DNA of 52,940 bases from Aestuariivirga sp. (GTDB taxonomy: Bacteria > Pseudomonadota > Alphaproteobacteria > Rhizobiales > Aestuariivirgaceae), in NCBI GenBank assembly GCA_043759965.1, contig JAYUPT010000005.1, positions 1 to 52,940 on the forward strand. Reading direction: 5' to 3'. Every line of letters starts with the position of its first letter. Positions within the stretch are counted from its first letter, which is position 1. The position numbers were made by a program, and so were the translations under genes. Shown here piece after piece: positions 31,192 through 40,258 of the stretch. The notes under the pieces are model-generated. The model was not told the DNA's origin. It did not search any database and was given only the letters and a program-made list of their open reading frames with translations.

Positions 31192-31692
31192 ATGCCCCCG
31201 AATAAGAAAACTGCTGCTCCGGCAGCAAAAGGAAAACCAGAACCCGTGGAATCAGGCGAGCTTAGTTTGATCCGCAAGTTGGCGGAAATTTTGAATGAGA
31301 CTGGCCTCACAGAAATTGAGCTTGATCACAAGGGTGCCAAAGTTCGCGTGAGCAAAACTGTTCATGCCACGGCTATGGTGGCTGCACCGCAAACTTATGC
31401 GCCTGCACCAGTAGCTCATGCAGCACCAGTATCTGTTGTGGCGACAGCGGAAGTTTCGGGCACTCCACTTAAATCACCGATGGTGGGCACGGCTTATCTT
31501 TCAGCAACGCCTGGGGCTCCGCCTTTTGCGGCAGTTGGCTCACTGGTGAAGGAAGGTCAAACATTATTGATCATAGAAGCCATGAAAACCATGAACCAGA
31601 TTGGTGCGCCAAAATCGGGCAAGCTTGTTAAGGTTTCAATTGAAAATGGTGTGCCGGTTGAGTTTGGCGAAACGCTGATGGTGATTGAATAA
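31192..31692 (+). CDS. accB: Biotin carboxyl carrier protein
   Basis: SPMVGT, EAMKTMN biotinylation motif, Ala/Pro-rich linker. Confidence 0.96.
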   Translation: MPPNKKTAAPAAKGKPEPVESGELSLIRKLAEILNETGLTEIELDHKGAKVRVSKTVHATAMVAAPQTYAPAPVAHAAPVSVVATAEVSGTPLKSPMVGTAYLSATPGAPPFAAVGSLVKEGQTLLIIEAMKTMNQIGAPKSGKLVKVSIENGVPVEFGETLMVIE

Positions 31693-31694
31693 TA

Positions 31695-33041
31695 ATGTTT
31701 GATAAGATCCTCATTGCCAATCGCGGCGAGATTGCGCTTCGGGTTTTGCGGGCCTGCCGCGAGCTTGGCATTCAAACAGTGGCGGTTCATTCGACCGCAG
31801 ATGCTGATGCGATGCATGTGAAGCTGGCCGATGAAAGCGTTTGCATTGGGCCGCCTGCTGCCAAAGACAGCTATCTCAACATTGCAGCAATTGTGGCAGC
31901 TTGCGAAATTACGGGCGCAGAAGCTGTGCATCCCGGCTATGGGTTTTTATCTGAAAATGCAAAGTTTGCTGATATTCTAACCGAGCATTCAATCAAGTTC
32001 ATTGGCCCATCAGCCGAAAACATTCGCACCATGGGCGATAAAATTGAAGCTAAGCGCACGGCCAAAGCCTTGGGCATTCCGGTGGTGCCCGGTTCTGAAG
32101 GTGGAGTTTCCACACTTGAAGATGCAAAACGTGTTGGCAAAGACATTGGCTACCCGGTGATCATCAAGGCCACGGCAGGCGGCGGCGGCCGTGGCATGAA
32201 AGTGGCCAACACAGAATCAGAATTGGAAATGGCCGTTTCAACGGCGCAATCAGAAGCCAAAGCTGCTTTTGGCAATGACGAAGTTTATATTGAAAAATAT
32301 TTACAAAAGCCGCGCCACATTGAAGTTCAAGTTTTAGGCGATGGCCAAGGCAGTGCCGTGCATTTGGGTGAACGTGATTGTTCATTGCAGCGCCGCCACC
32401 AAAAGGTGTGGGAGGAAGCCCATTCCCCAGCCCTCAACCCTGAGCAGCGCGACGCCATTGGCGACCGTGTGGCCAAGGCCATGGCGAACATGAATTATGA
32501 AGGTGTTGGCACCATCGAATTTCTCTATGAAGATGGCGAGTTCTATTTCATTGAAATGAACACGCGCCTTCAGGTGGAACATCCGGTGACTGAAATGATC
32601 ACCGGTCTTGATTTGGTGCAGGAGCAAATCCGCGTCGCGTCAGGCAATAAGCTGCAATATAAGCAGAGCGATATTCAATTTGCGGGCCATGCCATTGAGT
32701 GCCGTATCAATGCTGAAAATTGGCAAACTTTTGTGCCATCTCCTGGCAAAGTGGATGCGGTGCATTTTCCGGGTGGGCTTGGGGTTCGCATCGATTCAGC
32801 ACTTTATTCCGGTTACCGTATTCCACCTTATTACGACAGTTTGATTGGCAAGCTGATTGTGTTTGGTAAAACCCGAACTGAGTGCTTGATGCGGTTGCGT
32901 CGCAGCCTTTCAGAATTTGTGATCGAAGGTGTTGATACTACGATTCCTTTGTTCCAACGGTTGCTTGTTGAGGATGATATTATCAACGGCCATTATGATA
33001 TTCATTGGCTGGAAAAATTCCTCGCCCGCACATCTGCTTAA
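31695..33041 (+). CDS. accC: Biotin carboxylase
   Basis: ANRGEIA, HPGYGFLSEN, GGGGRGM, RDCSLQRRHQK, EMNTRLQVEH. Confidence 0.98.
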   Translation: MFDKILIANRGEIALRVLRACRELGIQTVAVHSTADADAMHVKLADESVCIGPPAAKDSYLNIAAIVAACEITGAEAVHPGYGFLSENAKFADILTEHSIKFIGPSAENIRTMGDKIEAKRTAKALGIPVVPGSEGGVSTLEDAKRVGKDIGYPVIIKATAGGGGRGMKVANTESELEMAVSTAQSEAKAAFGNDEVYIEKYLQKPRHIEVQVLGDGQGSAVHLGERDCSLQRRHQKVWEEAHSPALNPEQRDAIGDRVAKAMANMNYEGVGTIEFLYEDGEFYFIEMNTRLQVEHPVTEMITGLDLVQEQIRVASGNKLQYKQSDIQFAGHAIECRINAENWQTFVPSPGKVDAVHFPGGLGVRIDSALYSGYRIPPYYDSLIGKLIVFGKTRTECLMRLRRSLSEFVIEGVDTTIPLFQRLLVEDDIINGHYDIHWLEKFLARTSA

Positions 33042-33050
33042 GGTGCTTTG

Positions 33051-33707
33051 GTGACTGCGATCACGCCGCAGGTTTTGCTCAAGGCTTATACCGCTGGCAT
33101 ATTTCCTATGGCCGAAAGTGCTGATGATCCAGCCCTTTATTGGATTGAGCCGGAAGAACGCGGTGTTATTCCGCTCAAGGGATTTCACATTTCGCGTTCA
33201 CTGCGCAAAGCGGTGCGGCAACGGCCATTTGAAATTCGCGTTGATACAGCATTTGAAGCGGTTATTTGTGCCTGTGCAGAAAAAACCGTGGAGCGCGATG
33301 TGACGTGGATCAATAATCGCATATTGAAACTTTATAACCAGCTTCACAAAATGGGCTGCTGCCACTCTGTTGAAGCTTGGCGTGGCGATGAACTGGTGGG
33401 TGGGCTTTATGGCGTTCGCATTGGTGGAGCGTTTTTTGGTGAAAGCATGTTTTCACGCGCCACCAACGCCAGTAAAATTGCTTTGGTGCATTTGGTGGCA
33501 CGGTTGAATTATGGTGGCTTCAAATTGCTCGATGCGCAGTTTTTGAATTCACACATCGCGCAGTTTGGCACTTATACGATTTTGAAAAATGATTATCGCC
33601 CGATCTTAGATGAAGCCTTGGATGGTTCGGGGGAATTTCATAGTTTCACCATGGATAATGATACCGAGGCCGTCTTGGCAGCGGCAACTCAGTCGGGTGG
33701 GGCCTGA
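33051..33707 (+). CDS. aat: Leucyl/phenylalanyl-tRNA--protein transferase
   Basis: [38 protein letters not shown]. Confidence 0.95.
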   Translation: MTAITPQVLLKAYTAGIFPMAESADDPALYWIEPEERGVIPLKGFHISRSLRKAVRQRPFEIRVDTAFEAVICACAEKTVERDVTWINNRILKLYNQLHKMGCCHSVEAWRGDELVGGLYGVRIGGAFFGESMFSRATNASKIALVHLVARLNYGGFKLLDAQFLNSHIAQFGTYTILKNDYRPILDEALDGSGEFHSFTMDNDTEAVLAAATQSGGA

Positions 33708-34144
33708 TCGCTGTTATCAATTTGGTCTTGTAGTGCTGAAAGATCTGGCTCGGCTTCTACGGGTGGCGGGGGCGCATTCGGATCGCGGCAACCAGCTAGC
33801 CAGACATCATAAACTGGATGCTCCAAACCGTTCAGCCCTGGGCTTTCAGCAAACATCCAGCCGGAGAATAGACGCTTCTTATCGCCATCTTTGCCAATTT
33901 CATCAATTTCAACAAAGGCCGCAGTTTTTGGATATTCGGTGATGGGCTTGGAGTTGCACACATCGGCCTTAACAATGAGATTTCCAAATCTTACGTCCTC
34001 ACCAATTTGGGCTTCGAAATTGGTTGTGATCGCCATAACTTTTTCAAGGCCAGCAAAAACTGCAACGGGGTTGTGAATATCTTCGGCGAAGCTTTGAGTT
34101 GGAAGGAAAGCCAGTGATAAAATAATAAGCGCTAAGCGTTTCAT
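33689..34144 (-). CDS. DUF2155-family secreted protein
   Basis: Signal peptide, [25 protein letters not shown] motif; position next to aat and NDUFA12. Confidence 0.85.
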   Translation of the reverse strand: MKRLALIILSLAFLPTQSFAEDIHNPVAVFAGLEKVMAITTNFEAQIGEDVRFGNLIVKADVCNSKPITEYPKTAAFVEIDEIGKDGDKKRLFSGWMFAESPGLNGLEHPVYDVWLAGCRDPNAPPPPVEAEPDLSALQDQIDNSDQAPPD

Positions 34145-34617
34145 TGCTTCGGCGCATCCGCTTGCTTGGCACCAGGTTTTGAGAACATCGCTTGGCTGAT
34201 GATTGACCAGATATCGATGGCCCCTTGGGTGTAGCTGATCTCGCCACCTTCAGCGATTTTTATTTCGGAACCACCAGGTTCAAGGGCTACAAACTTTGCA
34301 CCGAGCAAACCCTCAGCAGTGATTTTAGCTGATGTATCATCGGAAAGTTGAATGCTGTTTTGAATTTCCATGTCAATGCGGGCTTGATAGGATTTTGGAT
34401 TGAGGCCCTGCCCCACCACGGTTCCCACTTTGATGCCAGCCACGCGCACATCGCTGCCGATGGACACGCCATCAACATTGTCAAATTCTGCGCTGATGCG
34501 ATAGCCTCCGCCCGCAACACTGCTTTTTCCAGACGCATTATAAGCGAACGTGAAAAAAGCGGCGGCCACTGCAATGATGGCGGCACCCACTATAGTTTCA
34601 AGCGTGGAGGATTTCAT
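34141..34617 (-). CDS. mlaD: MCE-domain lipid asymmetry protein, MlaD-like
   Basis: N-terminal TM, FDNVDGVSIGSDVRVAGIKVG, EGLLGAKFVALEPGG. Confidence 0.85.
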   Translation of the reverse strand: MKSSTLETIVGAAIIAVAAAFFTFAYNASGKSSVAGGGYRISAEFDNVDGVSIGSDVRVAGIKVGTVVGQGLNPKSYQARIDMEIQNSIQLSDDTSAKITAEGLLGAKFVALEPGGSEIKIAEGGEISYTQGAIDIWSIISQAMFSKPGAKQADAPKQ

Positions 34618-34628
34618 GCTGCCTTGCC

Positions 34629-35033
34629 CTATTCAGGCTTCCAAGCCTGATAATCAGCAGGTACTGCGCGCGGCTTGCCACCCACTGCAATGGAGCCCGG
34701 CGGATGATAAGCGCCAGCCGAGCCTGTCAAATTTTCCTGGTGCGGCAATTGCCATTCACGGGCTTTGTATTCTACTTGGCTTGGTGGCGTATCCACACGA
34801 TGGTGCATCCAGCCATGCCAGCCGGGTGGCACTTGCGAGGCTTCTGAGTATCCAGCATAAATCACCCAGCGGCGTTCCGGAATAGAATCAGGCAAAGCTG
34901 ATTTGGCACGGTAATAGGTGTTGCCCATTTCATCTTGGCCAACACGTTCACCTTTGCGCCATGTGTAAAAACGCGTGCCAATGGTTTGCCCGCTCCACCA
35001 TGTGAAAAACTGTTTCAGAAATTTCATGACCAT
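34629..35033 (-). CDS. NADH:ubiquinone oxidoreductase subunit NDUFA12-like protein
   Basis: VGQDEMGNTYY, RRWVIY, VPPGWHGWMH, ENLTGS, DYQAWKP. Confidence 0.92.
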   Translation of the reverse strand: MVMKFLKQFFTWWSGQTIGTRFYTWRKGERVGQDEMGNTYYRAKSALPDSIPERRWVIYAGYSEASQVPPGWHGWMHHRVDTPPSQVEYKAREWQLPHQENLTGSAGAYHPPGSIAVGGKPRAVPADYQAWKPE

Positions 35034-35108
35034 CCAAAGACTCTGTTATTTGCAGAGGAATATGGCGGAATGAACGGCGTAAATCCAGCGTGAAAATGGT
35101 TCAAGGTT

Positions 35109-37124
35109 TTATTGTTTGGGCCGTAGAATTGTTACAGTTTGATTTTCAAACGTCTCACTGGCCACATTTTCAATCTGCGGCGCTGCCAATAATTTGCTCA
35201 AAAACTCGTGGCGTTGGCCTGCACTTGAAACCAAATCGGCAGGAACAGAAAATAGATTGAAGCGTGGCCGCTGAACTTCCTGGGTTAGGCTTACGAAATA
35301 AACTGGCTCGGTTGTTGCCCCAATCACTTCGAAATTTGACGCAAACACCCGCACAGCAAGTCGCATAGCGCTGCTTTTTGGCTGGTTCTCAATAGCGGTA
35401 AGTTTGGCTTTCAGACCCTCATGTAAAGCTGGCCTGGGCGAAAGGTGCTGAAGTGGCGCATGGGGATCAAGATAAAGGAAACTATCTTTCCATGTCCATT
35501 TTGGTAGCGGTTTATAGCCTGCACTTTCAAGTGCAGTTTGCAGTGCCGACAGCGGGCCTAGCCATTGTATGAGAAACACCTCTTCTGCTTTGCCAGCGAT
35601 ATCCACACGGCGCATTGGTGCGGTTTTCCAATTGCCTGACACCCAGTCAATCTGTGAATAGGAAACTTTACGGTCTCCGGCGGCATAGCGGTGTTCGGCG
35701 CGATCATATGATGATGATGTGTGGAGAACACCCGCAACAAAAAATGCGGCCAAGCCACTGACAAGAAGGCCAAGTGGCCTGATACGGCCAGATGGCAAAG
35801 TTTCAAGAACCACACCATAAAGTGTGATGATGATGGCAGCCAGCATGAGGCCCGCTAAAACATCGCTAAGCCAATTAACGCCTAAGTATAACCGCGAAAA
35901 TGAAATCGATATAACCACAATGCCGCAAGCCGCTGCCACCAGTGCTTGCGACCAGCGCGCCATGCTGCGGTTTGCTAAAGTTATATAAATGCCGAAAACA
36001 ACACCTGCCATAACAGCATGAGGGCTGGGGAATTTGAAATTTTGATGCAGCATTTCAACTTTGGCAATCATTGGTTCATGGCCGCCCATCACACCACTGA
36101 AACCCATGACCATAAACTTCGTTGCAATAACGGTTACAATTGTGGCCAATGCGGCGCGCCAATTGCGCTGCAACAGAAGCCATGCAGCCGCGCCCAAGGC
36201 AGTGGCAAACAAAACGATATTATCGCCCAACATGGTTATGCGGATGAAAAGCTCGTCGGCGTTGGCATTGCGCAATTCAGCAAAAAGATTGAACAGCGAA
36301 TAATCCATATTGCCAACTGCACTTTTAATCATGCGACCAGACACAATATCGCCAAGCACAAAGACTGCAATGAGCCCCAGCACAAGCGATAACACGATGA
36401 GCACTGAGCGCGGGTTTTCAGGTGCTATGGCTCTGGAAAAACGGCGCATGGGGCGGTTGCCACGGGCTCTGGCCCAGCTTGCAATTCTGCCTTGAATTGC
36501 TTTGCGATATGGCGAAAGGCTTGCTGAAAAAATGCGAATAAGCCAGCCCGCAACACCAAGCAAAACCAAAAGCAGCAACAAGATTACAAGCAGCCTGCCA
36601 CTTAACTCACCTGCAAAAGCCAACGCTTGACCAAGCACAATTCCAGGCACGAGATGAGCGATTGACCATACAATGCCAGATGAAATGTTGACTGTGAGAA
36701 AAAACACTTGGCCCATGCCGAACATGCCCACAATGCCCGGCACCACGGCCTTAATGCCCGGCACAAAGCGGCCCAGCGCAATGCTCTTGCCGCCATGCAA
36801 CCTCACATAATCTTCGCCTTTGGCCACCAGATGCGGATAAGCGCTGAGTGGCCACATCGTTTTTAAGCGTTCACCGAAAAAGCGGCCAGCCCAATATGAA
36901 ACTTGATCGCCCAACACGCAGCCCAATGTGGTTGCTATCATCACTGGCCAAAAATCCAGTTTACCAGTGCCAACCAAAGCCCCTGCTCCCACCAGCACAG
37001 CAGTGGATGGCACCACTAAGCCAATCACCAGCAAGGCTTCGCCAAAGGCTATAAGAAAAATAAACGCCAGTGCCCATTGTGGGTGCATGGCGAAATAATC
37101 AAGATATGGCTGGATATTTTCCAT
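35109..37124 (-). CDS. DedA (VTT)-PAP2 fusion membrane protein with an LssY-like C-terminal region
   Basis: FGEALLVIG, GDQVSYWAG and GRFVPG DedA motifs; PAP2-like FPSPH and SRLYLGVNWLSD. Confidence 0.85.
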   Translation of the reverse strand: MENIQPYLDYFAMHPQWALAFIFLIAFGEALLVIGLVVPSTAVLVGAGALVGTGKLDFWPVMIATTLGCVLGDQVSYWAGRFFGERLKTMWPLSAYPHLVAKGEDYVRLHGGKSIALGRFVPGIKAVVPGIVGMFGMGQVFFLTVNISSGIVWSIAHLVPGIVLGQALAFAGELSGRLLVILLLLLVLLGVAGWLIRIFSASLSPYRKAIQGRIASWARARGNRPMRRFSRAIAPENPRSVLIVLSLVLGLIAVFVLGDIVSGRMIKSAVGNMDYSLFNLFAELRNANADELFIRITMLGDNIVLFATALGAAAWLLLQRNWRAALATIVTVIATKFMVMGFSGVMGGHEPMIAKVEMLHQNFKFPSPHAVMAGVVFGIYITLANRSMARWSQALVAAACGIVVISISFSRLYLGVNWLSDVLAGLMLAAIIITLYGVVLETLPSGRIRPLGLLVSGLAAFFVAGVLHTSSSYDRAEHRYAAGDRKVSYSQIDWVSGNWKTAPMRRVDIAGKAEEVFLIQWLGPLSALQTALESAGYKPLPKWTWKDSFLYLDPHAPLQHLSPRPALHEGLKAKLTAIENQPKSSAMRLAVRVFASNFEVIGATTEPVYFVSLTQEVQRPRFNLFSVPADLVSSAGQRHEFLSKLLAAPQIENVASETFENQTVTILRPKQ

Positions 37125-37205
37125 GGATTCCGAATTTGATTTGTATTGGTTCTATTTAGACATGAAAATCGTAAATAAAATAGGCACTTATCTTAAATTT
37201 CAGTA

Positions 37206-37979
37206 TTGTTTGGCATTATGACGTTACAAACACTTTTATTGTTGATTGGCGCAGGCTTTTTGGGTGGCATTGCGAATGCGATAGCGGGTGGGGCGTCGCT
37301 GTTCACTTTTCCAGCGCTGCTTTTTGCAGGCTTGCCACCAATTGTCGCCAATGCCTCTAACGCCATGGCCGTAACAGTTAGCAATGGTGCGGGTTTTCTG
37401 GGTGATTTAAAAAAAATGCCGCCTGCCTCATTCAGCTTCTTTTTGAGCTTGACGGTTGCAATTGTTGGTGGCGGGCTTGGTGCTTTGCTTTTGCTTGTGA
37501 CACCAGAAAAGACTTTCACAAATTCCGTTCCAGCCTTGATTGGCCTTGCAACTTTATTGTTTGCATTTTCCAAAGCCATACAAAAATTTCTCACACGCGC
37601 TTTAGGAGGCGGCGGCGACCATTCTCAATTGCAACACATGTTGCTGCTGCCCACTGCCCTTTATGGTGGATATTTTGGTGCAGGGGTTGGTGTGATAATT
37701 TTATCAGTCCTCAGTGCCACAAGCACTTCAGATTTGCGCAGCCTTAATGTTTTGAAAAACTTGTTTGCATTTTTGATGAATGCCAGTGCAATCATCTTTT
37801 TTATTTGGTTCGGTTTGATTGATTGGCAACACACGCTGGTTATGATGGTTGGAACTTTGGCTGGCGGTTTTGCGGGAATTAAGATGACGAAAATTTTGCT
37901 CCCCGCAACAGTTCGCACCGTAATTATTTCGTGCGGAGTTTTGATGACTGGCGCTTATGTCTATCGCTACTGGCTTTAG
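37206..37979 (+). CDS. TauE/SafE-family (sulfite exporter-like) membrane protein
   Basis: NAIAGGASLFTFPAL, ANASN, YGGYFGAGVG; multiple TM segments. Confidence 0.88.
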   Translation: MFGIMTLQTLLLLIGAGFLGGIANAIAGGASLFTFPALLFAGLPPIVANASNAMAVTVSNGAGFLGDLKKMPPASFSFFLSLTVAIVGGGLGALLLLVTPEKTFTNSVPALIGLATLLFAFSKAIQKFLTRALGGGGDHSQLQHMLLLPTALYGGYFGAGVGVIILSVLSATSTSDLRSLNVLKNLFAFLMNASAIIFFIWFGLIDWQHTLVMMVGTLAGGFAGIKMTKILLPATVRTVIISCGVLMTGAYVYRYWL

Positions 37980-38406
37980 CTTCAAAAAATTCGATATAGC
38001 TTGCAACTGAATTTGAAGCGATTTGTTCGCCGATGAGTTTCAAGTCTATATCTTGAATTTTCTTGAAGCGGATACATGATTTTCCCATGTCTAGCTTCAA
38101 GCCTGTTTTTTTCCACGCGCTGGAGAATTTTTCTTGGGCTTGTGGAACGCAAGCCAAGCCGCACAGATATATCGCCATATAGTTTTTCTGATTGGCAATC
38201 GCCACATACATCAGGGGTTGATCATTATAGGTGTCGGGCTTTGTGGCGAAGGGCACTTCATAACAAATCATGCCCCAATTGATGACTTCAACATAACCTT
38301 TTGGCAAATTGGCGAGCACAGTTTTGCGCAGCAAGGTCAGCGGCTCGCGCCTAACTTGCGGAAGATCACTTAGATAGCTAGCAACGGTTTTTGCATCACT
38401 TCGCAT
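37924..38406 (-). CDS. DUF1801-family protein
   Basis: WGMICYEVP, ANQKNYMAIY, LDMGKSCIRFKK. Confidence 0.8.
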   Translation of the reverse strand: MRSDAKTVASYLSDLPQVRREPLTLLRKTVLANLPKGYVEVINWGMICYEVPFATKPDTYNDQPLMYVAIANQKNYMAIYLCGLACVPQAQEKFSSAWKKTGLKLDMGKSCIRFKKIQDIDLKLIGEQIASNSVASYIEFFEAKASSDRHKRQSSKLRTK

Positions 38407-39313
38407 GGCCGCTATTATAAGCTACCGCAATTTCTGCCGCAAGCTTGGCATTGCTCATTACTAAAGCAATGTTGGCTTTGAGTGAGCGGCCTTGCGTGAT
38501 TTCAGCTAAACGTGCCAACAAAAATGGGGTTACGTTTTTGCCATGCACACCAAGTTCATTAACTTCGGCAATGGCTTTTTCAATTATTGGTTCAATTTCG
38601 CTGGCAGGAATTTCTGCCTCTAGTGGAATTGGATTAGCTACGACGATTCCGCCGTTCAATTTCATATTCCATTTTGCATGCATCATTGCAGCAATTTCTT
38701 GTGGGGTATCACAACGCATGGGAACTTTGTGGCCACTTCTCCGCGAATAGAAGGCGGGGAATTCATCGGTGCCATAGCCAACTACGGGCACGCCAAATGT
38801 TTCCAGTGTTTCTAATGTGAGGGCCAAATCTAATATCGCTTTAGCCCCCGCTGTTACAACGGCCACATTGCTGTGTGAAAACTCAACCAGATCAGCCGAG
38901 ATATCAAAATTCTTTTCCGCACCGCGATGCGCGCCGCCAATGCCGCCGGTGGCGAAGACATAAATTCCGGCCATGCTTGCCAGTCGCATGGTGGAGGCGA
39001 CAGTGGTGGCACCTGATATTTTCTTGGCGACAACATAAGGCAAATCACGCGTTGAAACTTTAACGATGGAGGGGCCAGTTCTGGCGAAATGTTCAAGCTC
39101 AGAACTGGAAAGTCCGGCACGAAGTTCACCGTCCACTATAGCGATAGTGGCCGGGATGGCTTCGTTTTCACGAACGACAGCCTCAACCGCACGGGCCATT
39201 TCTAAATTTTGAGGGTATGGCATGCCATGCGCGATGATGGTTGATTCAAGCGCCACAACTGGCTTGCCTTGAGCAATGGCAGATTTGATTTCATAGGTAA
39301 GTTTGATTGTCAT
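38396..39313 (-). CDS. psuG: Pseudouridine-5'-phosphate glycosidase
   Basis: VVALESTIIAHGMPYPQN, GATTVAST, FATGGIGGAHR, DISADL, TPFLL. Confidence 0.95.
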   Translation of the reverse strand: MTIKLTYEIKSAIAQGKPVVALESTIIAHGMPYPQNLEMARAVEAVVRENEAIPATIAIVDGELRAGLSSSELEHFARTGPSIVKVSTRDLPYVVAKKISGATTVASTMRLASMAGIYVFATGGIGGAHRGAEKNFDISADLVEFSHSNVAVVTAGAKAILDLALTLETLETFGVPVVGYGTDEFPAFYSRRSGHKVPMRCDTPQEIAAMMHAKWNMKLNGGIVVANPIPLEAEIPASEIEPIIEKAIAEVNELGVHGKNVTPFLLARLAEITQGRSLKANIALVMSNAKLAAEIAVAYNSGHAK

Positions 39314-39327
39314 GCTTTCCTCTTGTC

Positions 39328-39406
39328 GTCATTCCCACGCAGGCGAGAATCTAACATTTAACGCGGCATCCTGTTGTAGTTGGATTCCCGCCTGCGCGGG
39401 AATGAC
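39328..39406. repeat. GTCAT/ATGAC palindromic dyad, copy D, between psuK and psuG
   Basis: GTCAT-TCCCAC-GCAG-GCGAGA-ATCTA...TGGAT-TCCCGC-CTGC-GCGGGA-ATGAC; left arm partly decayed. Confidence 0.85.
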
Positions 39407-39412
39407 AGACAC

Positions 39413-40258
39413 CTAGAGTAATGTGGAGCTTTTGCTTGCGATCACTTTTGCAGCTATTTCTTGCCCGATCTCGGCTGCTTTGGCCAGTGGCAGATTTTGC
39501 AACAGGCCATGCACCAAACCTGCTGTTGCTGCATCGCCAGCACCCGTTACATCAACAATAGTTTTGGCTTGCGATGGAACATGGACAAATGATTTGCCAT
39601 CAGAAGCATATGATCCTTGCTCACCAGCGTGGATGACAATGTTTTGCAGACCTAACTTATGGAGAATTTTCGCAGCGGCTTCAGGATTGCGAGTTCCTGA
39701 CAGTGCTTCGATTTGATCAAGATTTGGAGTGGCCAAATAGATCTGGCGCTCACTTAAAATTTGCAAAAGCCGTTGCGATTTTGGTACTGAAACAGGTTCG
39801 ATGATCAATCGTTCGGCTTTGATGGCGCGCAGGCAATCAATTTCTAAATTACAGTCTGCAACCACCATTGAAGCTGTAGCCATCTCAGCTTTGCAATTTT
39901 CGATCATTACCGCTGTCAACAATCGCATATCATTCACAGCAGTGATCAATTCACCATTGGAATTTAACACTGCCAAATATGTCCCGGTGGCCTTGTCGGT
40001 GCGGATCATTTTTTGAACATTAACGCCAGCGGCTTTGGTAACTGAAAGTAACATATCGCCGTTCGCGTCATTACCTATAATGCTCAGCAAGCTAACATCT
40101 TCACCAAGCCTTGCAAGATTATGGGCAATGTTGCGGGCCACACCTCCTGCTGCGGTATTAACCGTTCCGGGATTGGAGGTTGCCGCAATATGGGCGGCCA
40201 AGGTTTTGGCTTTGATATCCACATTTGCACCGCCGATGACGAGAACTTTAAAAATCAG
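39413..40258 (-). CDS. psuK: PfkB-family kinase, probable pseudouridine kinase
   Basis: SNPG, GGVARNIAHNLARLG, DVTGAGDA; next to psuG; the conserved VLVIGGANVD lies upstream of the GTG at 40222, so the start is placed tentatively at CTG 40258. Confidence 0.8.
   Translation of the reverse strand: MIFKVLVIGGANVDIKAKTLAAHIAATSNPGTVNTAAGGVARNIAHNLARLGEDVSLLSIIGNDANGDMLLSVTKAAGVNVQKMIRTDKATGTYLAVLNSNGELITAVNDMRLLTAVMIENCKAEMATASMVVADCNLEIDCLRAIKAERLIIEPVSVPKSQRLLQILSERQIYLATPNLDQIEALSGTRNPEAAAKILHKLGLQNIVIHAGEQGSYASDGKSFVHVPSQAKTIVDVTGAGDAATAGLVHGLLQNLPLAKAAEIGQEIAAKVIASKSSTLL

Noticed and set aside
37924-37979. 56-nt convergent overlap of the TauE and DUF1801 genes
   Set aside because: Most simply a C-terminal run-on of DUF1801; no evidence of function.
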